From Phyllobates terribilis (Eukaryota): a stretch of DNA of 64,000 nt. Location: contig NW_027362772.1 in the NCBI RefSeq assembly GCF_046119375.1, positions 155,558,001-155,622,000 of the forward strand, written 5' to 3'. The stretch's first letter is position 1, and each line of letters begins with the position of its first letter. This document shows, one piece after another, positions 37,466-50,319 of the stretch. Below the pieces are notes generated by a model that made no database searches, was not told the origin of the DNA, and saw only the letters and a program-made list of their open reading frames with translations. Both the position numbers and the translations under genes were made by a program.

Positions 37466-37730
37466 GAGCGTGTTCAGACAGGACAGACAAAATACAGGAG
37501 CGGGTCTAGGTAATCGGCCCCTAGAAGGCGGGAGGAACAGGTTAGGAGCGTGTTCAGACAGGACAGACAAAATACAGGAGCGGGTCTAGGTAATCGGCCC
37601 CTAGAAGGCGGGAGGAACAGGCTAGGAGCGTGTTCAGACAGGACAGACAAAATACAGGAGCGGGTCTAGGTAATCAGCCCCTAGAAGGCGGGAGGAACAG
37701 GCTAGGAGCGTGTTCAGACAGGACAGACAA
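37466..37730 (+). repeat. 80-bp tandem array inside the LTR, ~3.3 copies
   Basis: gagcgtgttcagacaggacagac at 37466, 37546, 37626 and 37706. Confidence 0.9.
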
Positions 37731-37748
37731 GATACACAGAAAGGACTC

Positions 37749-38148
37749 AGTTCAGACACGGGAACTAATACCGAAAAGCAGGAGACATACAGGACTAGTT
37801 CAGACACGGGAACTAACACCGCAAAGCAGGAGACATACAGGACACAGTTCAGACACGGGAGCTGATACCGCAAAGCAGGAGACATACAGGACACAGTTCA
37901 GACACGGGAGCTGATACCGCAAAGCAGGAGACATACAGGACTTAGTTCAGACACGGGAACTAATACCGCAAAGCAGGAGACATACAGGACACAGTTCAGA
38001 CACGGGAGCTGATACCGCAAAGCAGGAGACATACAGGACTTAGTTCAGACACGGGAACTAATACCGCAAAGCAGGAGACATACAGGACACAGTTCAGACA
38101 CGGGAGCTGATACCGCAAAGCAGGAGACATACAGGACTAAGTTCAGAC
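37749..38148 (+). repeat. 48-50-bp tandem array inside the LTR, ~8 copies
   Basis: Unit agttcagacacgggagctgataccgcaaagcaggagacatacaggacac. Confidence 0.9.
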
Positions 38149-38961
38149 AGGCCTGGAAATACAGCCTCCAGGAAAGGCAGACAAGGAACAAAGACGGGAC
38201 CTGGCACCTTCAGAGTGCAAGCACACACTGAAGGAAAACACTATGCTCAGGCAGGGATAGAAGGGAGCTGCTGAGCTATATACCAAGTGTCAGACAGCAA
38301 TAGGCTGAGGACGCACAAGGGGCGTGACCCACAGCAGGTACAAAGAGCAGGAAGTGATCGGGCGCCGCCCTTAAGCAGCAGAGACAGACACAAACAGACA
38401 GCATGGAGGGAAGCCAGAGAGACATTCTGGACAGGAGATCAAGTGCGCGCTCCTGCACAGTGGGAGATGGACCACTATGCAAGGACGCCGCCAGGTATGT
38501 TACAATTGACATCACAAGGAGCCGTCTGCAGAACGTCAGATACGAGGGATGTAATGCGTTTTGTTTCAGAGTGGGTCTCTATAGCAGGCAACTGCCTAAA
38601 TGGCAATCCCCTAAAATTAATCTAAGCAGGACGGCTTAATTTTATTGTTGGAGAACAATATTCGAGAATCTGGAAATCTCTACAGCCCTGCATGTTACTA
38701 TGAAAACACTGCTAGGGATAAAAGAAGCATTTTCCAAAATTCTGTATCATTGAATTGTTATTTAAAGGGGTTGTATGGTTTCCAAATAAACTTTATCATT
38801 AGTCCTATTCGAAAATTCAGAGAGGGTTCTCTGCTCAGGATCTTTATCTATTGGCCAGAGAGGAGAGCCTGTATAAAGAGTGGCTCTACATCGGCAAAGT
38901 TGAGCTCAGTGATTGGCTGCAGCAGTCATGTGCGCTGAAGTCATGACATCAGTGATGGAGA

Positions 38962-39232
38962 GGTGTCACTGGAGCAGTGCCAGAAAGGTGTAGCTAGGGC
39001 AGTGGGGGGGAGGTGTTGCTGGAGCAGCACTGGAAAGGTGTCGCTAGGGCAGCGGGGGGAGGTATCGCTAGGGCAGCACTGGAAAGGTGTAGCTAGGGCA
39101 GCGGGGGGGGGGGGAGGTGTAGCTGGAGCAGCACTGGAAAGGTGTCACTAGGGCAGCGGGGGGAGGTATCGCTAGGGCAGCACTGGAAAGGTGTTGCTAG
39201 GGCAGCGGGGGTAGGTGTCGCTGGAGCAGCGC
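38962..39232 (+). repeat. Degenerate G-rich tandem repeat
   Basis: Recurrent ggaaaggtgt(c/a)gctagggcagcggggggagg units. Confidence 0.75.
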
Positions 39233-39739
39233 CGCTCTACTCACTGTGGTCACTGCTCAGCTTCTCCTCATATCAGACCGTCTCGTTGAGTTTGCCTCTT
39301 GCAGCACTCCTCAGGACTGCTGCATCTGCATGAGGTTTCCATTTGGCTTTACGGGGGCATGACTGGTCTCTACAGAAATTTAACCCTGCTGTTTCCTGCA
39401 GAGATTAGGTTCCCTGGCCTATCCCGTTCCAGCAGGGTATATATTAGGAACCTCCTCCAACCACTCCTTGCCCCAACGTTGGTTCCTAGCACCTGGTTCT
39501 GTCTCACCCTCCTTTACCTCGTACTAGAGTCGCTGACCCTCTAGTCAGTTGCTGAGATAAGTTTCCTTGGCCGCCCACTGTGTCTACGTTCCTCAGCGTT
39601 GCCCATTTCTTGGTGTTCTCAGTGCTCAGAAATTAAGGCAGATACTTTTTTTTTTTGTATGGAACATTTTGTATAATTTTCCAAAACAAGATGATAAACG
39701 GTAACAATCACTGGCCAATCATGAGTCCGACATCAATGA

Positions 39740-40330
39740 TATCTTATATTTACTTCTGTAATTGCTCTCCAACTTTATAAATGAATGACGCAATCGACGT
39801 AAGGAAAAAATATTCCTCCCCCGACTCTTAAAACCTCATTGGAAAGACCTTAGTCAATCAGTGCGGTGGCAAACAAATGGCGTACGTATACCTCATCTAT
39901 AAGCCTATTAGAAATTGAAGAAAGTAATGGGAATGAGGGAAGGACGAAGAGTTGTCTTACAATAAATCTCATTCACCCGAGCAAACTAGTTGGGGATAGT
40001 GGGAGGGGTAGTAGATTTCCATAACACTGGGATACAGGACTTGGCTCCATTAAGAAAAGGTGCAATAAAGAGTGGTGGAAACTTTTAATAGGAACGTTGC
40101 TGTGATGGAGGAGGATTATAGCCGGGTCCTCTCAAAATCTCCGTGCTGAATTTCCTTCAGACTAAATCCTGTGTACTTTTTTTTCCAATAGTCTAAGGGG
40201 TAAGGGACAAGACGGAAATGTATGGAGTAGGGTACTCTGCCCATAATCGCAGTGCCAACAAGATGTGGTGAATATTTTCTCCAATACCTAGTTAATAATT
40301 TGTGATTAGTCTCTTGGTGTCTGGAAGAGA
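39740..40330 (-). mobile_element. Degraded L1-like fragment
   Basis: Broken minus-strand peptides (SPHLVGTAIMGRVP, HYFLQFLIGL) resemble L1 ORF2; many stops. Confidence 0.3.
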
Positions 40331-40439
40331 GAGAGAGGTCTCATGTGCTAAAATAAGGATTCTAGTTTGCTCCTCTGGAGACCAGGATATCTCAAGGTCT
40401 CTTTCACCTTGCCAAGGGGGAAACTAGTCTGTCTGGGAT

Positions 40440-41221
40440 TACATGAAGAAACAGAAGGATTTGGACAAGGGAAATCCACAGAAGATCTGTGGTTAGTTCT
40501 CCAAGATGTTTGGAACAACGTCCCTCCTGTAACGGATGCCCTATTCGTGGTCACCTGGCAGCTCTAGAGAAAGCTATCACAAACAGGTTTGGCGCTATCT
40601 ACTTCTTTTTCCAGATACCAGGGGTTGCCCTGGCCTTCACCCATTAACCCCTACACAGGGATCTGGACTTACACAGGGACCCCTTGGCTGGGGAGCTAGC
40701 TGCTGTTTGGTGGTGCGAGCTGGCAAGAAAAAATGGTCCGGTAGCTGGGTCAGTACCAGAAGGTCCATGCTGGCCAAAATTGTAAGAAAGGGGGAGTAGT
40801 CAAAAAACAAGCAGAGGTCAAAATCAGGAAAGTCAACTGGGAAGCAAAAGCAGGATACTAAGAAGTTCACTGGAGTTAGTCAAATTATAACTGGCAGTGG
40901 ACAGTAGGGTTTTAGGAGCTTAAATAGCTTGCAGGCCAAATAGGAGGACGCAAAGACTAACAAAAGTTAACTCTTGGTCTCCCAACACAGAACTTGAGTT
41001 GTCACCTGCAACAAGAGTATGATGCCACCTGGTGACAGAAGCAGAGACAGGAAGGGGAGGAGCCAGATGTCTCACCTGGCCGAGTGCCCTCAAAAACTGT
41101 GTGCAAATGTTCTTACAAGAACTGCATTTTGTTAACTGCTAAAAACAAATCTCTCTTTTTCAGATCATTCTTACTTTGCAACATTTTTTTCACATCTGCC
41201 TAAAACTTTTGGACAGTACTG
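40440..41221 (+). mobile_element. Tc1 3' fragment interrupted by an LTR-like insertion
   Basis: KSTEDLWLVLQDVWNNVP resumes as AECPQKLCANV after 41075. Ends cctaaaacttttggacagtactg-TA. Confidence 0.65.
40528..41074. mobile_element. LTR-like insertion (TG...CA)
   Basis: tgtaacgg...gatgtctca splits the Tc1 reading frame; no clean TSD found. Confidence 0.5.
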
Positions 41222-42380
41222 TATATAGTGATATATATGCATGATGTATACATTGATACATACACTGTCATTCTGACACACACAATCTGCTACACATAGT
41301 AATGCATTCACTGTTATTCATTGCGCTACATGTGTTAATACGTAATACTTACTTTGTGATATAGCCTGGCTTCATATTATTGAATAACCAAGCCCTAAGA
41401 GTACATTCACACAGAGAGTAATTTCAGCATTAAAATTCCATTGTGCCGTTCTCTGAAGATTTGCTTGTTTTAAAGGGAATCGGTCATTAGGTTTTTGGTA
41501 CTCGATCTGAGAGCAGTATGATGTAGGGGCAGTGACCCTGATTCCAAGGATGTATCACTTACTGGGCTGCTTGCTGCAGTTTTGATAAAATCACAGTTTT
41601 ATCTGTTGCAGATTTAGCAGTTCTCTAAATGCTGAGCTCTGTATAACCCCACCCACACCACTGATTCACAGCTTACTGTGTACACAATGGAGGTGACCAA
41701 AGAAGATCGTCAATGTACCTACTATACGATGGAACCAAAAATCTGTTAGAGGAAATTTCAAAATCTGGTCTGGATATAGAGGTGGTCTTCTCATAGAGGT
41801 AGTATTTTTGAGAGGCCTTCAAGATGTTGTATCGATGATGAGAATTTTTTTCCTAATTATATTTTTGTAAGTTTTCTCAAAAAGTTACTAGTAGTGTAGA
41901 TGAGTGTAGGAACGTCAGGCCTTGCGTGTATTCAGATATCCTGTATGAGTTTAGACGACGTATAGACTCTGTATACTAGTGGCAGCGCCTGCCGACACCG
42001 GTTTACCTTCACGTGCAATCATTATTACAGCACCGGACGTCGGTTCCCTAACAAGATGCCAGATTTATTTATAATGGGATCCATAAATATCTCTCCAAGC
42101 CTGAGTGAGTTAATGTATTTATTCCTTCCAGAAAGCCCCAGGGTTGTCAGGTCACTCCCATAATAAGAGACACGTGTGCTGCACCTGTGCTGAGCATCAG
42201 GGCGATCAATCAACATTATTGTAGTCAGAAATTGGCCCAATCTGTGTCTGTTTGTAGCGGGAGGAATGCTGATAAGCGTCAAATGTAAGAGGCAAAACAT
42301 TTAATAGTTTTATGACGGGTGTATGACGTATCCACCCGAATACATATGCCCCATAGAACGCTGCAATGCATCGGGAAATA

Positions 42381-43480
42381 GCACTGTGTGCATTCACCCC
42401 ATGCTGTGACATCACTGTGTGCATTCACCCCATGCTGTGACATCACTGTGTGCACTCACCCCCTACTGTGACATCACTGTGTGCACTCACCCCCTACTGT
42501 GACATCGCTGTGTGCACTCACCCCCTGTGACATCGCTGTGTGCACTCACCCCCTACTGTGACATGGCTGTGTGCACTCACCCCCTACTGTGACATCGCTG
42601 TGTGCACTCACCCCCTACTGTGACATCGCTGTGTGCACTCACCCCCTACTGTGACATCGCTGTGTGCACTCACCCCCTACTGTGACATCGCTGTGTGCAC
42701 TCACCCCCTACTGTGACATCGCTGTGTGCACGCACCCCCTACTGTGACATCGCTGTGTGCACGCACCCCCTACTGGGACAGCACTGTGTGCACGCACCCT
42801 CTATTGGGACATCACTGTGTGCACGCACCCTCTATTGGGACATCACTGTGTTCATGCGCCCTCTATTGGGACATCAGTGTGTGCACGCACCCTCTACTGT
42901 GACATCACTGTGTGCACTCACCCCCTACTGTGACATCACTGTGTGCACTCACCCCCTACTGTGACATCACTGTGTGCACTCACCCCCTACTGTGACATCA
43001 CTGTGTGCACTCACCCCCTACTGTGACATCACTGTGTGCACTCACCCCCTACTGTGACATCACTGTGTGCACTCACCCCCTACTGTGACATCACTGTGTG
43101 CACTCACCCCCTACTGTGACATCACTGTGTGCACTCACCCCCTACTGTGACATCACTGTGTGCACTCACCCCCTACTGTGACATCACTGTGTGCACTCCC
43201 CCCCTACTGTGACATCACTGTGTGCACTCCCCCCCTACTGTGACATCACTGTGTGCACTCACCCCCTACTGTGACATCACTGTGTGCACTCACCCCCTAC
43301 TGTGACATCACTGTGTGCACTCACCCCCTACTGTGACATCACTGTGTGCACTCACCCCCTACTGTGACATCACTGTGTGCACTCACCCTCTATTGTGACA
43401 TCACTGTTTGCATTCACCCTCTACTGACATCACTCTGTGCATAATCCCTGTACTGTGACATCACTGTGTGCATTATCCCT
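42381..43480 (+). repeat. 31-bp minisatellite A, ~35 copies
   Basis: Unit cactgtgtgcactcaccccctactgtgacat. Confidence 0.95.
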
Positions 43481-43497
43481 GACTGTGAATGACTGAG

Positions 43498-43808
43498 TTA
43501 TTCCACTGTAGTGACGTCACCTTGTGCGTTATTCCACTGTAGTGACGTCACCTTGGGCGCTATTCCACTGTAGTGACGTCACCTTGTGCGTTATTCCACT
43601 GTAGTGACGTCACCTTGTGCGTTATTCCACTGTAGTGACGTCACCTTGTGCGCTATTCCACTGTAGTGACGTCACCTTGGGCGCTATTCCACTGTAGTGA
43701 TGTCACCTTGGGCGCTATTCCACTGTAGTGACGTCACCTTGGGCGCTATTCCACTGTAGTGACGTGACCTTGTGCGCTATTCCACTGTAGTGACGTCACC
43801 TTGGGCGT
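43498..43808 (+). repeat. 31-bp minisatellite B, 10 copies, 8 with a perfect TGACGTCA
   Basis: Unit tattccactgtagtgacgtcaccttg(g/t)gcg(c/t). Confidence 0.95.
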
Positions 43809-44821
43809 TAGTTCTGGGCCTCAGTGAAATGAAAAAAAAAATCATAGGGTTTTCGTATTTGGGAATTTGATAGTAAAGATGTTCCTGGTCCAAATTTTTA
43901 ATATGGTTCCCCAATGTAACACCACGGAGCAGAGAACTCCTATAATGCATCGACCCTCTGCAATCTTCCGGATGTTGACCAATTTTTGGCTAACTCAACG
44001 TAACATTGGGAATAACCAGATTTTTTTATCCGTCATTGCCCCATGTCCTTATTTTATGGCCTGAAGCCCGTTGCCCATCTCCAGTCTTCTTTATTCTTCC
44101 GTACCTGAGTGTACAGATGTTTCAGAGCCGCCAGCGTGAGAACCCGGTGCCGGCTCCGTGTCATTGGCGCGACCTTGTCCACAGACACCAGTGTTACATT
44201 CCATGAATTCCCTCAGAGTAAAGATTAACCTAGTTATAGATCAAACGTTCCTGCTCAGCTTCCCTCCTTCGAAGACTCTTCATTCCCTTTCATAGTATTT
44301 TTAACTTCTGATTTTTTATTTCTGGGGTGTACACTTTCAGGGGTGGAGAGACAGCAGGAGCACCCAGGTACTAGTACATGAGGGGGTCCAAATGCCCCAC
44401 TGCCACATAAGAAGGCACAAGTATTATTAAAAGGTTTGTCACCTTCTGTGAATGGGCTCACTGACAGATTCCCAGTTCACTGATTCTGTAGCTGCATTCT
44501 GAGGCTATAGAAGACAAACTGTGCAACATTTTAAGAGAGCCCAATTATCAAAGTGATTTTTAGCTTAAAAATACACTGCGTTAATATTTCTCCTCCACCT
44601 AACTAGAAATGCACATATTGACATAAACCATGTTTCCACCGATTTTGTCCATCAGATCACCAGATGGTGGAACATAAGTCATCTCTGCAGAAAATACAAT
44701 TGTCTCAAAGCCTGCAGGCCTTATGTATCCACCAGCCGACCTTCAGCATTGTACACGGGGATGTTGGGAATGTGATTGTGGATCAGACGTAGACTTCAAT
44801 GGAGGTTTCTAGTTCTCTAGA

Positions 44822-45358
44822 CTCGATGGTAGAGGTATATAGGCAAGTCAGGCTCGATGGTAGAGGTCAATGGTAGAGGTATATAGGCAGGTCAGGCCTG
44901 ATGGTAGGGGTATATAGGCGGCAGGTCAGGCCTGATGGTAGAGGTATATAGGGCAGGTCAGGCTCGATGGTAGAGGTATATAGGGCAGGGCAGGCTCGAT
45001 GGTAGAGGTCAATGGTAGAGGTATATAGGCAGGTCAGGCCTGATGGTAGGGGTATATAGGCAGGTCAGGCTCGATGGTAGAGGTATATAGGGCAGGGCAG
45101 GCTCGATGGTAGAGGTCAATGGTAGAGGTATATAGGCAGGTCAGGCCTGATGGTAGGGGTATATAGGCAGGTCAGGCTCGATGGTAGAGGTATATAGGGC
45201 AGGTCAGGCTCGATGGTAGAGGTCAATGGTAGAGGTATATACGCAGGTCAGGCCTGATGGTAGGGGTATATAGGCAGGTCAGGCTCGATGGTAGAGGTCA
45301 ATGGTAGAGGTATATAGGCAGGTCAGGCCTGATGGTAGGAGTATATAGACAAGTCAGG
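44822..45358 (+). repeat. Composite minisatellite with higher-order structure
   Basis: Three related subunits built on gatggtagaggtatataggcaggtcagg. Confidence 0.85.
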
Positions 45359-46102
45359 TTTAATGGGCCGTCACTTCTCCATATTTGGACCTTAACATTC
45401 TAGTTTGTAGGTCAGGGTCAAAGACAAACAAGAGGTGACGAGGATGGATGCGCCTACCCATGTCTGACCTGCCCATGTCCCCCTACAATTACCAGCTGGA
45501 GGTTTATTACTACTGATCCAGCCGGTGGCAGCGTCAGTGTAGAAGTTTTTTTACTCTCTTGCCTCTCCATGGAGATTACATGACTCAATTACTAATTTTT
45601 TGCAACTGTTGGAGTAATGGGTGCGGTGGAAAGAGCTGCTGCAGCCACCATGGAATGACCACATGCCTCTCTCCATGCCGTGTATGTGAGCAGCTTACAC
45701 AGCCGGGACTGGAGGGGCCAACGTCAGAAGCTCAGTCTGGAATCCGGCAGAACAGGTCATAGCTCAGACATCTGCCAAGGCAATTAGTTGCAGACCCCAA
45801 ACTTTATGACTATTCGTTTTGCATGGAAAATACATAAGCAGCCAGCGCTGTACCTGCCAACATACAACAAATTGTTATAGTGACACGGCTGAATGTGCTG
45901 TATGGGGAGGTGGGGAAGGCTGCATACAGCCAGGAGATCCGCTGCTCCAGGAATCTGCCACTCCAGGCTGGAAATGGTCCCAGATCCACGATTCATGAGC
46001 CTTTAGTGACCGATGAAGAGTATAGCCGGGAGTGTAACTTCCCAAAAGTGCACAGACCTGACATATTGGATAGGAGATACAGCGGCAACTGACACCTGTC
46101 TG

Positions 46103-46462
46103 ATGGATGGAGAAGTGGAGGGATGGATGAAGATATACAGGAAGAGATGGAAGGATGGAGAGAGATGGAGCGAAGGGAGGATGGAGAGAGATGGAGCAAA
46201 GGGAGGATGGAGAGAGATGGAGCGAAGGGAGGATGGAGAGAGATGGAGCGAAGGGAGGATGGAGAGAGATGGCAGGAGGGAAGGATGGAGGAACGGATGG
46301 AGAGATGGATATATAAATACATGGATAGATAGAGGTGGAGGGAAGGATGGATAGATAGAGGTGGAGGAATGGATGGAGAGATGGATATATAAATACATAG
46401 ATGGATGCATAGAGAAATAAATGGATAGATAAACGGATGGATAGATAAGATACATAGATAGA
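46103..46462 (+). repeat. Purine-rich simple repeat
   Basis: ggagagagatggagcgaagggaggat units grading into GATA/GGAT repeats. Confidence 0.85.
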
Positions 46463-48124
46463 TATTTACTCTTCTCCACATCTTCTGGACTGTTTGTTTT
46501 CATTGTATAATTTCCCGGCCGTGCTTGGACCCGCACAGCAGACGTCTCTATCAGACATCACATACTTACTCGTGGAACATATGTATTTGTTTTAGGCTTT
46601 ATTCTACGTAATATCTGGCCGCTCCTTTCAGGGGGGAATTGAAGCCAGCCTGGGGATGTGGCGCTGGGATCATGTGCTAGGATAGAGCTGGTGCATGTGG
46701 ACAATCTCCCCTCTGTTCCCGCAGCGGCTCTCATGCTGATCAGTCGTCTGCACATTTCCTGCACTTACAACAAGAGGTCACTTCTTTCTTAAGTCCCAAT
46801 ATTCAGCCTCCCACAGATGCTGGGGGACATACAATAATAGCAGCCATGACAGTTCCTGTATGGGCTGTCACCCAACTTTTCATAGACCCGAATATTGTCA
46901 GATGAACACACATCCACAGATGACACATTGTTTCACATGCTAATATGTGTTTCTTACTGGCGGGACTTCGTTGTCGGGTTCCAGGGATTTGTAAGATGCT
47001 AAACTTTTACTTTTATACCTTTTGTGCATTCTATGCTGATTAATTTCTCAATATAACAAATCAATGTTTGGAGCTTAATTATTCTGCTACAAAGTTCCAA
47101 ATTTCCTTCATATTTATAGCATTAAATAATCAAAATTTTCTGTTGACAGTCATCACTAGGGGGAGCTCACGAGCTCACTGCATACTCCATGTACACAGTT
47201 ATCTACCAGGCTCCCTCTAGTGCTTCCTGCAGCCAGAATGCTATAATTTAAAGGGGTATTCCAGTCTTCAATGATTATAACCTACCATAAGAGTGAGATT
47301 TTAGAAATCTAATTTCTTTTGCTGCATGGAAAAAATGCTTTAAATTGTATGTATAATAGTGGCGGACGTCAGAAGAATGGGCCGTTCACTCAAAAAGATA
47401 GAACATGAGACATCGATTTGATATGCTCCTTCTTTTTAATGCTTATTGAGCGTTTTTTTTTCAGGTGGGTTCCTGGAGGTATCCTCCTGTAAAAGATGTT
47501 GTGTGAACATGGCCTTAAAGTGTGTTCACACTGAGGTTTTTTTTTGTCGAGTTTTTGGAGCAGAAACCGAGCAGAAACTCCATGTTTTTGAGGAGGATTT
47601 GGAGAGTTTCCGCTACAAAAACTCCTTAAAAACTCGAAGTGCACAAACTCTGAGACACAACGTACATACGGGATGAGCTGGATTTGTAACTTGGTGTGCG
47701 GTATTTCTGTCCAGGGTTTTATGTCGTATAATCCCGATGGTTAAATTCCAGAGAGAAATATTTTGCCTTTATTAAATGTAGGAAATTCATCCAACGCCTT
47801 CTAATTTGACAGAAGAATTTCGGGTGGTTTTAGAAGAATGGATACTTGTAGGATCCATTTTCCACAACCTGTGATACATTGCTGACTTAGAAAACCACTT
47901 GAGAAGAAGCTGCTGGGATTTGTCCGAGTCAGGATAATTCTTTGGAGCTAGGTTTCAGACCACACAAAAAAAAAATCAAAAGATTAATCTAGTAATAGAG
48001 GTTGTTTCAGGACGGACACTAACTGCGTAACGCTGGGATACGATGTGCGATCGGTGGTGGCACAACTGCCGTGACTCTCATCAATCACTAAACTACAATG
48101 GGCTGATCATGTGGTTATCGGAAA

Positions 48125-48612
48125 GTAGAATTGGGCCAACAGTCACATCACATGGTGGAACGCAGTAGAATTGGGCCAACAGGCACATCACATGGTGGAA
48201 CGCAGTAGAATTGGGCCAACAGGCACATCACATGGTGGAACGCAGTAGAATTGGCACAACAGGCACATCACATGGTGGAACGCAGTAGAATTGGGCCAAC
48301 AGGCACATCACATGGTGGAACGCAGTAGAATTGGGCCAACCGGCACATCACATGGTGGAACGCAGTAGAATTGGGCCAACAGGCACATCACATGGTGGAA
48401 CGCAGTGGAATTGGGCCAACAGGCACATCACATGGTGGAACGCAGTGGAATTGGGCCAACAGGCACATCACATGGTGGAACGCAGTGGAATTGGGCCAAC
48501 AGGCACATCACATGGTGGAACGCAGTGGAATTGGGCCAACAGGCACATCACATGGTGGAACGCAGTGGAATTGGGCCAACAGGCACATTACATGGTGGAA
48601 TGCATTAGAATT
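48125..48612 (+). repeat. 40-bp minisatellite, ~12 copies
   Basis: Unit gtagaattgggccaacaggcacatcacatggtggaacgca. Confidence 0.95.
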
Positions 48613-50319
48613 GGACAACCCCTTTAATGGAGTTCTTTCCTTGGATTTTTTTAATTTAAACTGAGTATGTCTTCCATTTGCCGCTGATCCATTGATTCTG
48701 GAACAGTTTTTCTTTTTCTTCTGTGCCCCTCCAATCCAAAGTTATGCCCCCAGAAGCATATCTGGGTGTGTAGGTCTGTGGGCGTGGCCATGTTTTGATT
48801 GGCCAGAAGCACACGGCCACAGAGAATTCCTGTGTTATATGTCCAGTTGATTTGAAGGGATTATTTCACAGGGGTATAACATAAGAACAGAGAGGCAGAG
48901 AAGAAAAAGAAAAACTGTTCTAGAATCAGTGGAGCAGTGATAATTTTGAGGAGGTACTCATTTTAAATGAAAAAAATCCAGTGAAAGGTCCCCTTTAAAT
49001 GCTGCTGTCACAATTGACAGCTGTCACTTAGCGGTTAAAATGCTGTAGCTGGCTCCAATCGCAGCAGCTATACTCAAGCTTCTGTGCCCCTCCATTCCAA
49101 AGTTATACCCCCTGGAAATAAAGATGACAATTTTCTCATCAACCAACTGGGCGTGCACCACAAAACGTCTGTCATAACTTTTGAAATGAGCTTGTCAGAC
49201 AGCCCCCTTCACATACTGCACAGAAAAACTGTCATGGGTCTAATAGAGGAGCAGAAATGGAGCTACCAGGACCTGGACCGATATCTGAAGTTGGGGTACA
49301 TCTTGGATATAAAGAATTATTTTCATCTGGACAACCCCTTTAACTCTTTCTCTTGCAGAGGATTTGGAGTCCTGTGTAAGAACTGTAGATTTTGCTTATA
49401 TAGGTATTTAAAGGGAACCTGTAACCAAATTTCACAGAGCAAACTACATACAGTACAATATTAGATTTTTTTTTTTTTGGGGGGGGGGACCTGATGAGGC
49501 CAGTGTACTTTCTTTGAAAATCCATGTCAGATTAGCTCTATAATTCTAATATTAAAATGAACATTTCATGAGTCCAATTCAAGAGTGAGCGAGTTCATAA
49601 GAGCATTCAATCTCCGCCCGCCCATACATCGAGCCTGACTGCCAGCTGCAGCTTGTACTCAGCAGTGTCAGATCTCTTCAGGGAGGAGGGACACTGAGGC
49701 TGTTAATAAGATAGGTGAGCAGATTGAGCAAACAGCAGCAGAGTGGAGGGACACTGAGGAGCTGTCCATCGGGTGGAGATTGAGGGTAAACTTTCAAAAA
49801 GGATTGTGTCATGGATTATCAAAGTTAGTACACAAGACTCTTCAGATCTAAGACATCAGACACACATGTGATATTGTGTATGTTAAATGTAGAGAATACA
49901 GTAGAATTCAATTGAATTGTACAGTTGTATAACAGGAGTTGGATGATAAGGTTGATGCAGTTTTCCTCCAGGGGAGTAAGAGATTTAACTACTTACTGAA
50001 ACAAAGAAAGCCTGTAAATATTGTGCTGAAAAACAAAGTGCAGATTGTGTGCTAAATGGTGTGAACAGCTTCAAAGGACTGGAAATTTACAGTATAAGCC
50101 TTGTGCAATGTCAAATCCTTCTTCCCTCCATGGCACGGATCTCCAACCTGTGGCTTGTCTCCAATTGTTCTGAAACTACAACTCTCAGCATAGATATCAG
50201 ATCATGCTGTGAGAGTAGTTTACCAAACAGATGCCAAAACTGAGTATTTTTGGCCTCTGTCTGGCCTTGTGTCTGCATAACATTTTAAGAGGACTTGCAA
50301 CTTGTTAAAAAAAAACTAG

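Larger units (their letters stand above)
36437..38504. mobile_element. Solo LTR (2068 bp) with internal tandem arrays
   Basis: TGTTA...TTACA termini and an exact 5-bp TSD ATTGA (36432-36436 and 38505-38509). No gag/pol. Confidence 0.85.

Noticed and set aside
36439-37914. 271-272-aa Cys/Pro-rich ORFs
   Set aside because: Translations of tandem arrays within the solo LTR.
45993-46536. 162-177-aa Ser/Pro/Leu-rich ORFs
   Set aside because: Translations of the purine-rich simple repeat.
48331-48664. ORFs in three frames
   Set aside because: Translations of the 40-bp minisatellite.
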